From positions 512,001 through 576,000 of the forward strand of contig JBGAON010000001.1 in NCBI GenBank assembly GCA_044221725.1: 64,000 nt of DNA, in the 5' to 3' direction. The notes under the pieces are model-generated. The model was not told the origin of the DNA, searched no databases, and saw only the letters and a list, made by a program, of their open reading frames with translations. The position numbers were made by a program, and so were the translations under genes. Shown one piece after another: positions 29,945 through 41,454 of the stretch (its first letter is position 1; each line of letters begins with the position of its first letter). This stretch comes from Elusimicrobiota bacterium. Its GTDB lineage: Bacteria; Elusimicrobiota; Elusimicrobia; F11.

Positions 29945-32900
29945 CGCCGCCGTCTGCGATCGGAAGGATTTGCGGACTGTCGGTAAAATGTCCTGCGGAT
30001 TTGCCAAAAATTCGGTGATATCTTCTTTCGTCGGCACGTGCTGTTCAATATCCCAATCGTTCCATTCAAACCTGTAATTTTCATAGAGCAGATTCTTTCG
30101 AGCCATGCTGGATTTGGGCGTTATTTTCGGATCCGTGCTTGGTTCAAAATATTCCCACAGCCAGTAGTAAATGGAATCTTCAATAGAAACGTCGTTCTCC
30201 CATTGCTGAAGAGATCGATATCCGGCTTTCAGCATTCCTAAAGGATCAAGCCCGGGCGCCGCGATCTCAAGAATGTGGTGAATCGCCCGAGCCGCCTCAT
30301 GAGACTCGATGGATACATGGTTGTTGTATTGAACGGTGTGGTGGTGTTCCGCCGAGCGAACGGTTTGAAGAAAGGGCCCGACTTTAATCCCCAATAGGCG
30401 AGAGAGCCAGATGGTAAGCAAATCGGCCATTCGTTCGTGCAAGATTTCGAGAAGAAAAAGATCACTGGACAGACCAAAATAATAAAGAAAATTGTGGCCC
30501 ATCTCATGAGCAATGGTTTGCAGGAACAGAGTCCCAGGGTTGGGATCTTCTTCAAAGAACAATATTCCAAAATGAAAATTGGACATCGCCATTCTCGAAT
30601 TCGGGAAAATGCGCATCGTTTCTATACGTTTAAATATTGTGCGAATCAAAGCAGCGTCGTTCGCTCCCTGGTACGGTACCAACAAAATAAAAACGGCGGT
30701 CACTATCATCTTTGCTTCTTCATCAATGAGCAGCATATCGCCAAAAAAGTTTTCCGCCCACGTTGGGTCCTCGATTATTTTTCGTAGCTGCCGAAACGCT
30801 GGTTTTCGCAGCATCGTCAAGATTGGCCCATACTTTGCTTCGTCAAAATGAAATCGCACATAGATGAAAAACGCGTAAAGGCGCAGCGCATCCTCGTGTT
30901 GGCCATTCGAAAGTATTTTGAGAATGTGTTTCTCGTCGATTGAAGCGTCCCGCACAAACGCCAACGATCTCCTGAGCCGTACACTTTCATCGTCCCCGGC
31001 CAAATCCACAATGTGTTTTAAATTTCCCACGAGCCCCCATTCGAGGAAGACGGCCAGCGTCGCCCATGTTTCAAACTTTATTTCGGCGGGCGTGTCGGAT
31101 TGATCTGAAAGTTCGATCAAGTGGCTTGATATCCGCACGGCTACCGGACGAAGGTTGTCGTCGTTTGTCTCCATTACCCGCCGAGCAAGTTTGCGCAAAA
31201 CTGACAAATAGTACTGAAACAGTTCGAGTGGTGTGTTGGGTGTTGATTTGCTGAGCAACCACTGCGCAAATGGCCCAATGAGTTCCGGCCAATGTTCGGC
31301 TCGCGCTAAATTCGATATTCGCTCGACGGCCTCTCCGACGGCTTCGATCGTTGTCGAAGGGCTTTCGACATGATCCAGGATGTCGACGACCTCGCTTGGC
31401 GTCACCCCTTTGGCGATCGAACTCGCATCGGGCGTAGCGACCAGTGCTTGCGTCAAAGCCGTCCGAACATAATGATTCTTCGGTTTCTTGGATTTGTAGT
31501 TATCCACAATTCTGCGTGCCACCGCACCCGTACGGTCAGCCTTTGCAAGAAACGCAAGTGCATTGAGGGGCCGTTCTCGTTCAAACAGCGCTTCGTTGTA
31601 AAGTCGAAGCAGAATTTTCTTTGTTGATACCGATGCCGCTCGCGTTCGCTCAAGGTGCTTTGGGAAATTTTTTTGGAAGTAAAGCCGATTCGGGCGATTT
31701 CTCATTCTGTACAAGCCAGGAATCGCATCAAGATCTCTGATCTTTTCCGCCTCAATGTATATAGGGTCCGCCGATTGTTTCCGAATTTCCGTAAGAATCG
31801 TGTCGACGATTCTTACGGTTTCTTCGGGCGGAAACTCTTTGGCGACATGCGCAATTCTTTCGAGAGCGACCAACAGGTCCAATTTGGAATTGTAGGAGAG
31901 AACTGTTGGAATGCCGGTATAAACCTGGTCAAACAGAGACACGAGTATTCGTCTATTAAAAACGCCGAGCGAACCAAGGACGAGCTCGCTCTCGTTTGGT
32001 TTTCCGTGGTTCGATTGTTCACCCAGCAAACAGTTGGACAGCATTTTTGCGACGATCGTTGGTGCGTAATTGTTAAGTGTTTCGAAATACCGATTTGCGG
32101 CCTCGCGCCGTTGAGAGGGACTTCCAATCGCCGTTCGATAAGCAGAAAACCCGTGAGATATTGCTTCTTTTATGGCGTGTTCAACCGTTACCGGTGGATT
32201 GTGCTTTTGTTTGACCTTTAGGTGATACAGGCGAATTCGTTTTCCGGTTAAAGTGGGAGCTGAACGAACGAGCTCGCGCGGCGATCGCGTGCCCAACGAA
32301 GGAAGACGGAATTCTCCTTCGGTGTCCACGGCGAGAACAATTTCACCGGCGGGCGTTCGTGGGAACAATGGGTTTGGTCCCGCGCCTTCCTCGATCAGCG
32401 TGGCGGCGAGTTGCGCCGCTGTCGCTGTATTTTCAACCGATGCTTTAAACGAACATAAAAAATCGCGCGGCTCAACGAAGGCACGCAAATAGGACGCGCG
32501 GACCCGTCGTGCTTTCGTGGCAATCCTGGGAGCAACAATGGCGTAGGAAATTCTCTTCAGGCGCAGCTTTGAGGCAATAGCCGGTGTGTGAAAACCGCCG
32601 GCAATTAAGACGGCGTTGCCATGCACTCTTCTCAAGAGGTTTTCAACCATCTTCTCGCTGCGCGCGTCCGCTTCACGGTAGAAGTTTTCGAACGGTGCGA
32701 GGTTAGAAAGGCGGGGGTGTGAGTTCGCTAATTTGCGGTCTTGGTATTCACGCCAATCTTTCGGCGTCAGTATGAAGTTTACGAGTTTGAAAGTGAGACG
32801 GTCCGACATCGGAAAAGAAATCGTCGGTAGTTGTTTGCGGGCGGCCAGAAGCGCGTGCACGTTAGCGACATAATGAGCGGCATCATCAACACCGATGAGC

Positions 32901-33382
32901 GGGGGCGGCGGATTGTCGGAGGCAATCACCGCAACGGACGGAGCTGACAACAAATCGTGTTCAAGGTAATAGTCCAAGACCTTTTTTATGACGGGTTTGT
33001 TCGGAAACGCGCGGAAGCGTTGAACGTCGACCGGACCGAACGCCCCTTCAATGGCGATGCCGTTCACTTGGCGCGTTCGAATCAATTCGAAAAGAATCGA
33101 ACGAATATTCTTTTGTGCGGAGAGATTTTCATGCGTATCTTTAATTAACACAACGGCAGGGGTTTTCGCGCCCGCGTCATAAACTTCACGAACAAAGGCG
33201 TTCTCGCGCGGAATGGCTGAAACAAGTTTCTCGAGGCGAGCAGGAACTGCATTTGCGCCGGTCTTGTTGATTTGTGCGGAAGGATGAGGACCGAGCGCGG
33301 CGATACCAGAATTGCTAATAAAGAACGCAAAGATTGTTAGCAGCGCAACGTGTTTCGTAAGCCGGTGGTTCATTTTGGCCAT
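29930..33382 (-). CDS. Large (~1150 aa) exported hypothetical protein with helical middle and C-terminal HExxH metallopeptidase-like domain
   Basis: Signal-like N-terminus; VLIKDTHENLSAQKNI...IAIEGAFG...GGFHT domain; IAHEMGHNF...LHERMAD. Confidence 0.65.
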   Translation of the reverse strand: MAKMNHRLTKHVALLTIFAFFISNSGIAALGPHPSAQINKTGANAVPARLEKLVSAIPRENAFVREVYDAGAKTPAVVLIKDTHENLSAQKNIRSILFELIRTRQVNGIAIEGAFGPVDVQRFRAFPNKPVIKKVLDYYLEHDLLSAPSVAVIASDNPPPPLIGVDDAAHYVANVHALLAARKQLPTISFPMSDRLTFKLVNFILTPKDWREYQDRKLANSHPRLSNLAPFENFYREADARSEKMVENLLRRVHGNAVLIAGGFHTPAIASKLRLKRISYAIVAPRIATKARRVRASYLRAFVEPRDFLCSFKASVENTATAAQLAATLIEEGAGPNPLFPRTPAGEIVLAVDTEGEFRLPSLGTRSPRELVRSAPTLTGKRIRLYHLKVKQKHNPPVTVEHAIKEAISHGFSAYRTAIGSPSQRREAANRYFETLNNYAPTIVAKMLSNCLLGEQSNHGKPNESELVLGSLGVFNRRILVSLFDQVYTGIPTVLSYNSKLDLLVALERIAHVAKEFPPEETVRIVDTILTEIRKQSADPIYIEAEKIRDLDAIPGLYRMRNRPNRLYFQKNFPKHLERTRAASVSTKKILLRLYNEALFERERPLNALAFLAKADRTGAVARRIVDNYKSKKPKNHYVRTALTQALVATPDASSIAKGVTPSEVVDILDHVESPSTTIEAVGEAVERISNLARAEHWPELIGPFAQWLLSKSTPNTPLELFQYYLSVLRKLARRVMETNDDNLRPVAVRISSHLIELSDQSDTPAEIKFETWATLAVFLEWGLVGNLKHIVDLAGDDESVRLRRSLAFVRDASIDEKHILKILSNGQHEDALRLYAFFIYVRFHFDEAKYGPILTMLRKPAFRQLRKIIEDPTWAENFFGDMLLIDEEAKMIVTAVFILLVPYQGANDAALIRTIFKRIETMRIFPNSRMAMSNFHFGILFFEEDPNPGTLFLQTIAHEMGHNFLYYFGLSSDLFLLEILHERMADLLTIWLSRLLGIKVGPFLQTVRSAEHHHTVQYNNHVSIESHEAARAIHHILEIAAPGLDPLGMLKAGYRSLQQWENDVSIEDSIYYWLWEYFEPSTDPKITPKSSMARKNLLYENYRFEWNDWDIEQHVPTKEDITEFLANPQDILPTVRKSFRSQTAALKAA

Positions 33383-33482
33383 AATAATAAGGAGCAATTA
33401 AGAAACTATTAAGGCCCGGTAACTTTTCTGTAACAAAAACTGCTACACTCCGCGCACTCTAACCCTCGTTTCCCCTCGGAAA

Positions 33483-34595
33483 ATGGCACAAGTAACCTTA
33501 AAAAATATTTGGAAGAAGTACGGTGATTTGGCGGTGGTAAAAGACGTGAGTCTTGTTATCCCCGACAAATCGTTCTACGTATTGGTTGGTCCCTCCGGTT
33601 GCGGCAAGTCCACGACGCTGCGCATGATTGCCGGTCTCGAAGACATCAGTGACGGCGAAATTTACATTGATGATCGTCTCGTGAACGGAGTGCCGCCGAA
33701 AAATCGCGACATCGCGATGGTGTTTCAAAACTACGCGCTCTATCCGCACATGACCGTTTACGAAAACATGGCTTTCGGTTTGAAATTGCGGCGCATGCCA
33801 AAAAGCGAAATCGATGTGCGCGTGAAAGAAGCGGCGGAAATTTTGGGGATTTCTCATTTGTTGGATCGTCGACCGAAGGCGCTTTCTGGCGGTCAGCGCC
33901 AACGCGTGGCCGTTGGTCGCGCGATCGTGCGCAAACCAAAAGTTTTCTTGTTCGATGAACCGCTCTCGAACCTCGACGCAAAGATGCGCGTGCACATGCG
34001 GCTTGAGATCGCAAAGCTTCACAAACGTTTGCAGACAACGATCATTTACGTGACACACGATCAATTGGAAGCCATGACACTCGCCACATCCGTTGCTCTC
34101 ATGAAAGATGGGACCGTGCAACAAGTGGCGCCGCCACTCGAGATTTACAACCAACCGAAGAACAAATTTGTGGCGGGTTTCATTGGAAATCCTCCGATGA
34201 ATTTCTTTGACGTCGATGTTCAAAAGTCTGGAGACGCGCTTCATTTGGCCATCGGAAAGAACGGATCGTCCGGATTTTTGGAAGTAACGAACGGAATTAA
34301 AAAATCGCTCGATCGATATGCGGGCAAGACGATCGTCATGGGAATTCGCTCGGAAGATATTTACGATAAGGTTTATTACCAAGGTAGCGGCAAGGGCCGC
34401 ACCGTTTCTTCGACGGTCGAAGTGGTGGAACCGATGGGCGCGGAAAAATATCTTTATTTGTCGGCGCTCGGAAATTCGGTCGTTATTCGTGTGAGCCCGG
34501 ACAACCAAGCCTACGTAAACCAGAATATCAACGTCGTTTTCCATTTGGAAAACGCGAAATTTTTCGACAAAGAAACAGATTCGGTAATTCAGTAA
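33483..34595 (+). CDS. Sugar ABC transporter ATP-binding protein (MalK/UgpC/MsmX family)
   Basis: GPSGCGKST, VFQNYALYPH, LSGGQRQR, FDEPLSNLD, C-terminal TOBE domain. Confidence 0.95.
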   Translation: MAQVTLKNIWKKYGDLAVVKDVSLVIPDKSFYVLVGPSGCGKSTTLRMIAGLEDISDGEIYIDDRLVNGVPPKNRDIAMVFQNYALYPHMTVYENMAFGLKLRRMPKSEIDVRVKEAAEILGISHLLDRRPKALSGGQRQRVAVGRAIVRKPKVFLFDEPLSNLDAKMRVHMRLEIAKLHKRLQTTIIYVTHDQLEAMTLATSVALMKDGTVQQVAPPLEIYNQPKNKFVAGFIGNPPMNFFDVDVQKSGDALHLAIGKNGSSGFLEVTNGIKKSLDRYAGKTIVMGIRSEDIYDKVYYQGSGKGRTVSSTVEVVEPMGAEKYLYLSALGNSVVIRVSPDNQAYVNQNINVVFHLENAKFFDKETDSVIQ

Positions 34596-34609
34596 ACCAA
34601 GGAGACTTC

Positions 34610-34872
34610 ATGATCATTCGCGTGCGCGTCATCCCCAAATCAACCACCTGGACGGAAATTGCCGGCCGCATCGGATCCACGGTTCGCGTGAAACTTACTT
34701 GCGACGACATTGGCGGACACGCCAACGACGAGTTGAAAGATTTTTTGTCCGAGTTCTTCGATGTGAAAGGCAACTTCGTAAAAATTCTGCGCGGTGAAAA
34801 AGGAAAAGAGAAGACGGTTGAGATTGAAGGCCGTCCCGAAGAAGAGCTTGAAGAAATCATGGAGTCGATTCC

Positions 34873-34876
<4 letters not shown>
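34610..34876 (+). CDS. DUF167/YggU-family protein
   Basis: IRVRVIPKS...GHANDEL...VKILRGEKGKEK. Confidence 0.8.
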
Positions 34877-37650
<2,774 letters not shown>

Positions 37651-37656
37651 TCGCCG

Positions 37657-38118
37657 GTGGCTCCTTTTTTTTCGATCCTGCTCGCCGTCTTTGGCCTTGA
37701 TCTTCTAACGAAGAATTTTATTCGCACAAAACTTCCGCTTGGCGCCGAGATTCCCGTGCTTCCTGTTTTTTCCATTGTGCACGTGCAGAACACGGGCATC
37801 GCGTTCGGTCTTTTCCAAGGATGGAATTACGTTCTCATTGGACTTGGCTTCGTTGTTCTCGGGTTCTTTCTCTATTACGCGTTGCGTCTTCTCAAAGAAG
37901 ACCGATTTACCGCGTTCGTGCTTGCAATGGTGCTCGGCGGTGCGAGCGGGAATCTCATTGATCGCGTCGTTCGAGGGCAAGTGACGGATTTCCTTGATTT
38001 TTATATTGGCGCGCATCATTGGCCTGCGTTCAACGTGGCCGATTCGTCCATCTGCGTGGGCGCGGCGTTGCTTTTGTGGCGCGCCTACCGACAAAAACAT
38101 GTGTCCAATCCTGTTTAA
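37657..38118 (+). CDS. lspA: Lipoprotein signal peptidase II
   Basis: NTGIAFG, GNLIDR, VTDFLD, FNVADS. Confidence 0.96.
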   Translation: MAPFFSILLAVFGLDLLTKNFIRTKLPLGAEIPVLPVFSIVHVQNTGIAFGLFQGWNYVLIGLGFVVLGFFLYYALRLLKEDRFTAFVLAMVLGGASGNLIDRVVRGQVTDFLDFYIGAHHWPAFNVADSSICVGAALLLWRAYRQKHVSNPV

Positions 38119-38863
38119 TATCGGCCCCATCACACTTCACACGTACGGCCTCATGGTCGCGCTAGGATTTTTGGCAGGGCTTGCCGTTTCAAAAATCCAA
38201 TTTGAACGTTTGAGAATTCCGGTGTCGCTTTTGGATCCGTTGGTATTCCGCCTCATGGTGTTTGGAATTCTTGGCGCACGTATCGTGTATTTTGCGGTGG
38301 ACAATTTTGCAGACCTGCGTGCCGACCCATATTCCTTTTTCCGAATTTGGGAAGGTGGTTTGGTTTTTTACGGCGGAGTGTTGGCCGGAATTGCCACGCT
38401 TGTCATCTTTTCGCGTCGGCACCGTGTACCGCTTTTGTTGCTGACGGACGCGTTTGCAGCACCGCTCTTGTTGTCCCACGCGATCGGACGTCTCGGGTGT
38501 CTGGCCGCCGGTTGTTGCTACGGCAAAGAAACGACGTTGCCCTGGGCCCTTACATTTACAAACCCAGCGTCGTTGGCGCCGCGCTTTCTTGCGCTTCACC
38601 CGACGCAACTATATGAATCGATCGGAAACTTTGTTCTTTTTCTCGGATTGTTCGCGCTGAGCAAGCGACCGCTCAAGAGAGGAACGCTGACGTCGTTGTA
38701 CCTCGTTTCGTACGGCGTGTTTCGCTTCTTCATGGAATTTCTACGCGGCGACGATCGTGGGCTTTATCGGCTTGGTGTTTCGCCGAGCCAGCTTGTGGCT
38801 ATTTTATTAACGGTCGGCGGCGTTTGGTTGTTTGTTCATGCACAAAAAAAAGAATCCTTCTAA
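38099..38863 (+). CDS. lgt: Prolipoprotein diacylglyceryl transferase
   Basis: IWEGGLVFYGG, IGRLGC, HPTQLYE, RFFMEFLR. Confidence 0.96.
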   Translation: MCPILFNIGPITLHTYGLMVALGFLAGLAVSKIQFERLRIPVSLLDPLVFRLMVFGILGARIVYFAVDNFADLRADPYSFFRIWEGGLVFYGGVLAGIATLVIFSRRHRVPLLLLTDAFAAPLLLSHAIGRLGCLAAGCCYGKETTLPWALTFTNPASLAPRFLALHPTQLYESIGNFVLFLGLFALSKRPLKRGTLTSLYLVSYGVFRFFMEFLRGDDRGLYRLGVSPSQLVAILLTVGGVWLFVHAQKKESF

Positions 38864-39785
38864 CGTCACGATAAAAATCGGCATTGAGGACGAAGGCCGA
38901 CTCGATCGGTTCCTCGCCGCGAAGTTCTCTAACTGGTCTCGCACGGCGCTCCAAAAGCTCATCAATAAACGGTTCGTCACGGTGGACACGCACCCGGTGT
39001 CTCCGCATCATCAATTAAAGCGCGGACAAACGGTCGTGGTAACGTGGCCGAAACAAGAAAAAGCGACGCTTCCAAAAGCCGATATTCCGATTCCGTTCCC
39101 AATTTTGTTTGAAGACGATGAGATGATCGTTATCAACAAGCCGGCTGGCATTGTGGTTCATCCCGCGGCCGGTCATTTGGATGGAAACACGCTCGTCGAA
39201 ATTTTGCGGCCAAAATTTCAGCAAGGGCCGTGGCCCGAAGAAAGCCGCGCCGGCCTCGTGCACCGGTTGGATCGCGATACGAGCGGCGTTATTGTGCTCG
39301 CGAAAAATCCGGAAGCGCATTCGAAACTTTCCAAACAATTCGCGAACCGTTCGACCAAAAAGACCTATTTGGCGCTCGTGCGCGGTGCCATGCCGGTGGA
39401 TGAGGGAACAATTGAATCTCATTTGGCCCGGCATCCGGGAAAGCGGCAGCGCTTCGCTGTATCCTCCGATCGAGGACGGTGGGCCAGCACGAAATTTTTC
39501 GTGCGCGAGCGGTTTGGAAAAACGGCAACGCTCGTGGAGTTGCAGCCGCTAACGGGTCGGACACACCAAATTCGCGTGCATCTCGAAAGTTACGGCCATC
39601 CCATTCTTGGGGATCACGTGTACGGCCAAAAAGATTCCAATTTCGATTTCATCACGCGACATTTATTGCACGCAGCGAAACTAGAGATCCATCATCCGGA
39701 AACAAACGCCGCCATGAAATTCGAAGCGCCGTTGCCGGATGATTTTCAGCACGCACTAAAATTCATACGATCCGAAAATGCATAA
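38838..39785 (+). CDS. rluD: RluA-family pseudouridine synthase with S4 domain (RluD-like)
   Basis: RLDRFL S4 domain, NKPAGIVVHP, VHRLDRDTSG, TGRTHQIRVH, GHPILGD. Confidence 0.85.
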   Translation: MHKKKNPSNVTIKIGIEDEGRLDRFLAAKFSNWSRTALQKLINKRFVTVDTHPVSPHHQLKRGQTVVVTWPKQEKATLPKADIPIPFPILFEDDEMIVINKPAGIVVHPAAGHLDGNTLVEILRPKFQQGPWPEESRAGLVHRLDRDTSGVIVLAKNPEAHSKLSKQFANRSTKKTYLALVRGAMPVDEGTIESHLARHPGKRQRFAVSSDRGRWASTKFFVRERFGKTATLVELQPLTGRTHQIRVHLESYGHPILGDHVYGQKDSNFDFITRHLLHAAKLEIHHPETNAAMKFEAPLPDDFQHALKFIRSENA

Positions 39786-40386
39786 GGGCATTCCCGTCGT
39801 TATCTCCGCGCCGTCCGGCGCCGGCAAATCCACGATTGCTGCGGAGGTCGTAAAATCCAATCCACAAACCGTGCTATCCGTTTCGTGCACCACGCGCGCG
39901 CCACGAGCCGGTGAAATAAATGGAAAAGACTATTTCTTCTGTACCGTTGATGAATTTAAAAAAAAGATCGAGCAAGGCGACTTTCTCGAATGGGCCGAAG
40001 TGCACGGATACCGCTATGGAACTCCATTGTCCGCGCTTGAACAGAAATTATCGGAAGGCAAACACGTCATCCTTACGATCGATCCTCAGGGCGCTCTCTC
40101 TGTCAAAGGAATTTATCCGAACGGTATTTTTGTTTTCGTGGTACCGCCGACCTGGGAAGCGTTAGTCAACCGCTTGACGAAGCGGGCCACGGACGACCAA
40201 GCGACGCGCGACAGACGCATTGCGAACGCGCGCAAGGAACTCACGTACTTATCTCATTACGACTACTTGGTTGTGAACGACGATTTGGAAGCGGCGGTGA
40301 AGAACGTTTCGGCCATCATCCAGGCCGAGCAGCTCCGTTTGGCGCGCATCGACAAGAATGCGATCCCGATCTTTAAACATGGTTAA
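39778..40386 (+). CDS. gmk: Guanylate kinase
   Basis: SAPSGAGKST, TTRAPRAGE, EWAEVHGYRYGT. Confidence 0.97.
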   Translation: MHKGIPVVISAPSGAGKSTIAAEVVKSNPQTVLSVSCTTRAPRAGEINGKDYFFCTVDEFKKKIEQGDFLEWAEVHGYRYGTPLSALEQKLSEGKHVILTIDPQGALSVKGIYPNGIFVFVVPPTWEALVNRLTKRATDDQATRDRRIANARKELTYLSHYDYLVVNDDLEAAVKNVSAIIQAEQLRLARIDKNAIPIFKHG

Positions 40387-40410
40387 GTTTGTGTCGGATA
40401 AGGAGGCTCT

Positions 40411-41454
40411 ATGACCCGTTCTCCATCCCCAAATCGGAGTCGCGTGCGCATGCGGGACGTCGCCGCTCGCTGCGGCGTTTCTATCTCGACTGTTTCCCTT
40501 GTTTTATCCGGCGACGCGCGCATTCCCGAGGATACCGCACGCCAAGTTCTCCAGGCCGTTAAAGCGATGGAATATCGCCCAAGCGTGCTTGCGCGCAGTT
40601 TGGCGCGTCGCACCTCACGAACGATTGCCGTGATACTTCCGGAATTCGCGTTTGAGAAAAACAAACCTTTTTATTACCAAGCGCTGCAGGGAATCCATTC
40701 CCAAACACAACCGGCCGGTTACAAGATGATTGTCGAAGCCGCGAACCGAGTGTTCCTCGCTCGTCGTTATTATCTGCGAATGCTGCGCGAGCAAAGCGCC
40801 GATGGAATGCTGTATGTGGCCGCCTCCGTCAACGATAAATTTTTATCGGAAGTGGAAAAGGAGCCGTATCCCTTTGTGTTGGTGGGGGCTACCGCCGATG
40901 GTGTGGATTTGCCGGTGGCGAAAGCCAACGATGTCGCCGGCGCCAAGATGGCGGTTGAGCACTTGCTGAAATTGGGTCACAAGAAAATTGGCCATATTTC
41001 CGGTTCCCCGGAAATTTCACACGGCCGGGACCGCGCGCGGGGATACAACGATGCGATGAAAGAAGCAGGCATCGCAATCGACCAAAATTGGATTGTGCAA
41101 GGTGATTTCAGTTCCGAGCAAGCCGAAAAGGTGACGGCCAATCTTGTGGATGCCGGGGTCACCGCCATTTTTGCCGGGAGCGATGTGATGGCCTACGGAG
41201 TTCTACGGGCGTTGAAGGCGCTAAAGAAAAACGTGCCGAGCGATGTGGCGGTTGTCGGTATGGATGATTTGGAAACCTCAGACTGGACGAACCCAACACT
41301 AACGACCGTCAGATACGATATCAAGACGATGGCCGAGCTTGGAACCAAGTATGTCATTCGCCGAGCGCAGAGTCCGATTATGCCCAAAAGCATTCTTGAC
41401 GAAGTGCCGCCGCCCGAACTGATCATAAGGGAATCCTGTGGCGCAAAAAAATAA
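40411..41454 (+). CDS. LacI-family transcriptional regulator
   Basis: MRDVAARCGVSISTVSLVL HTH, YRPSVLARSL, sugar-binding domain, PTLTTV. Confidence 0.95.
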   Translation: MTRSPSPNRSRVRMRDVAARCGVSISTVSLVLSGDARIPEDTARQVLQAVKAMEYRPSVLARSLARRTSRTIAVILPEFAFEKNKPFYYQALQGIHSQTQPAGYKMIVEAANRVFLARRYYLRMLREQSADGMLYVAASVNDKFLSEVEKEPYPFVLVGATADGVDLPVAKANDVAGAKMAVEHLLKLGHKKIGHISGSPEISHGRDRARGYNDAMKEAGIAIDQNWIVQGDFSSEQAEKVTANLVDAGVTAIFAGSDVMAYGVLRALKALKKNVPSDVAVVGMDDLETSDWTNPTLTTVRYDIKTMAELGTKYVIRRAQSPIMPKSILDEVPPPELIIRESCGAKK

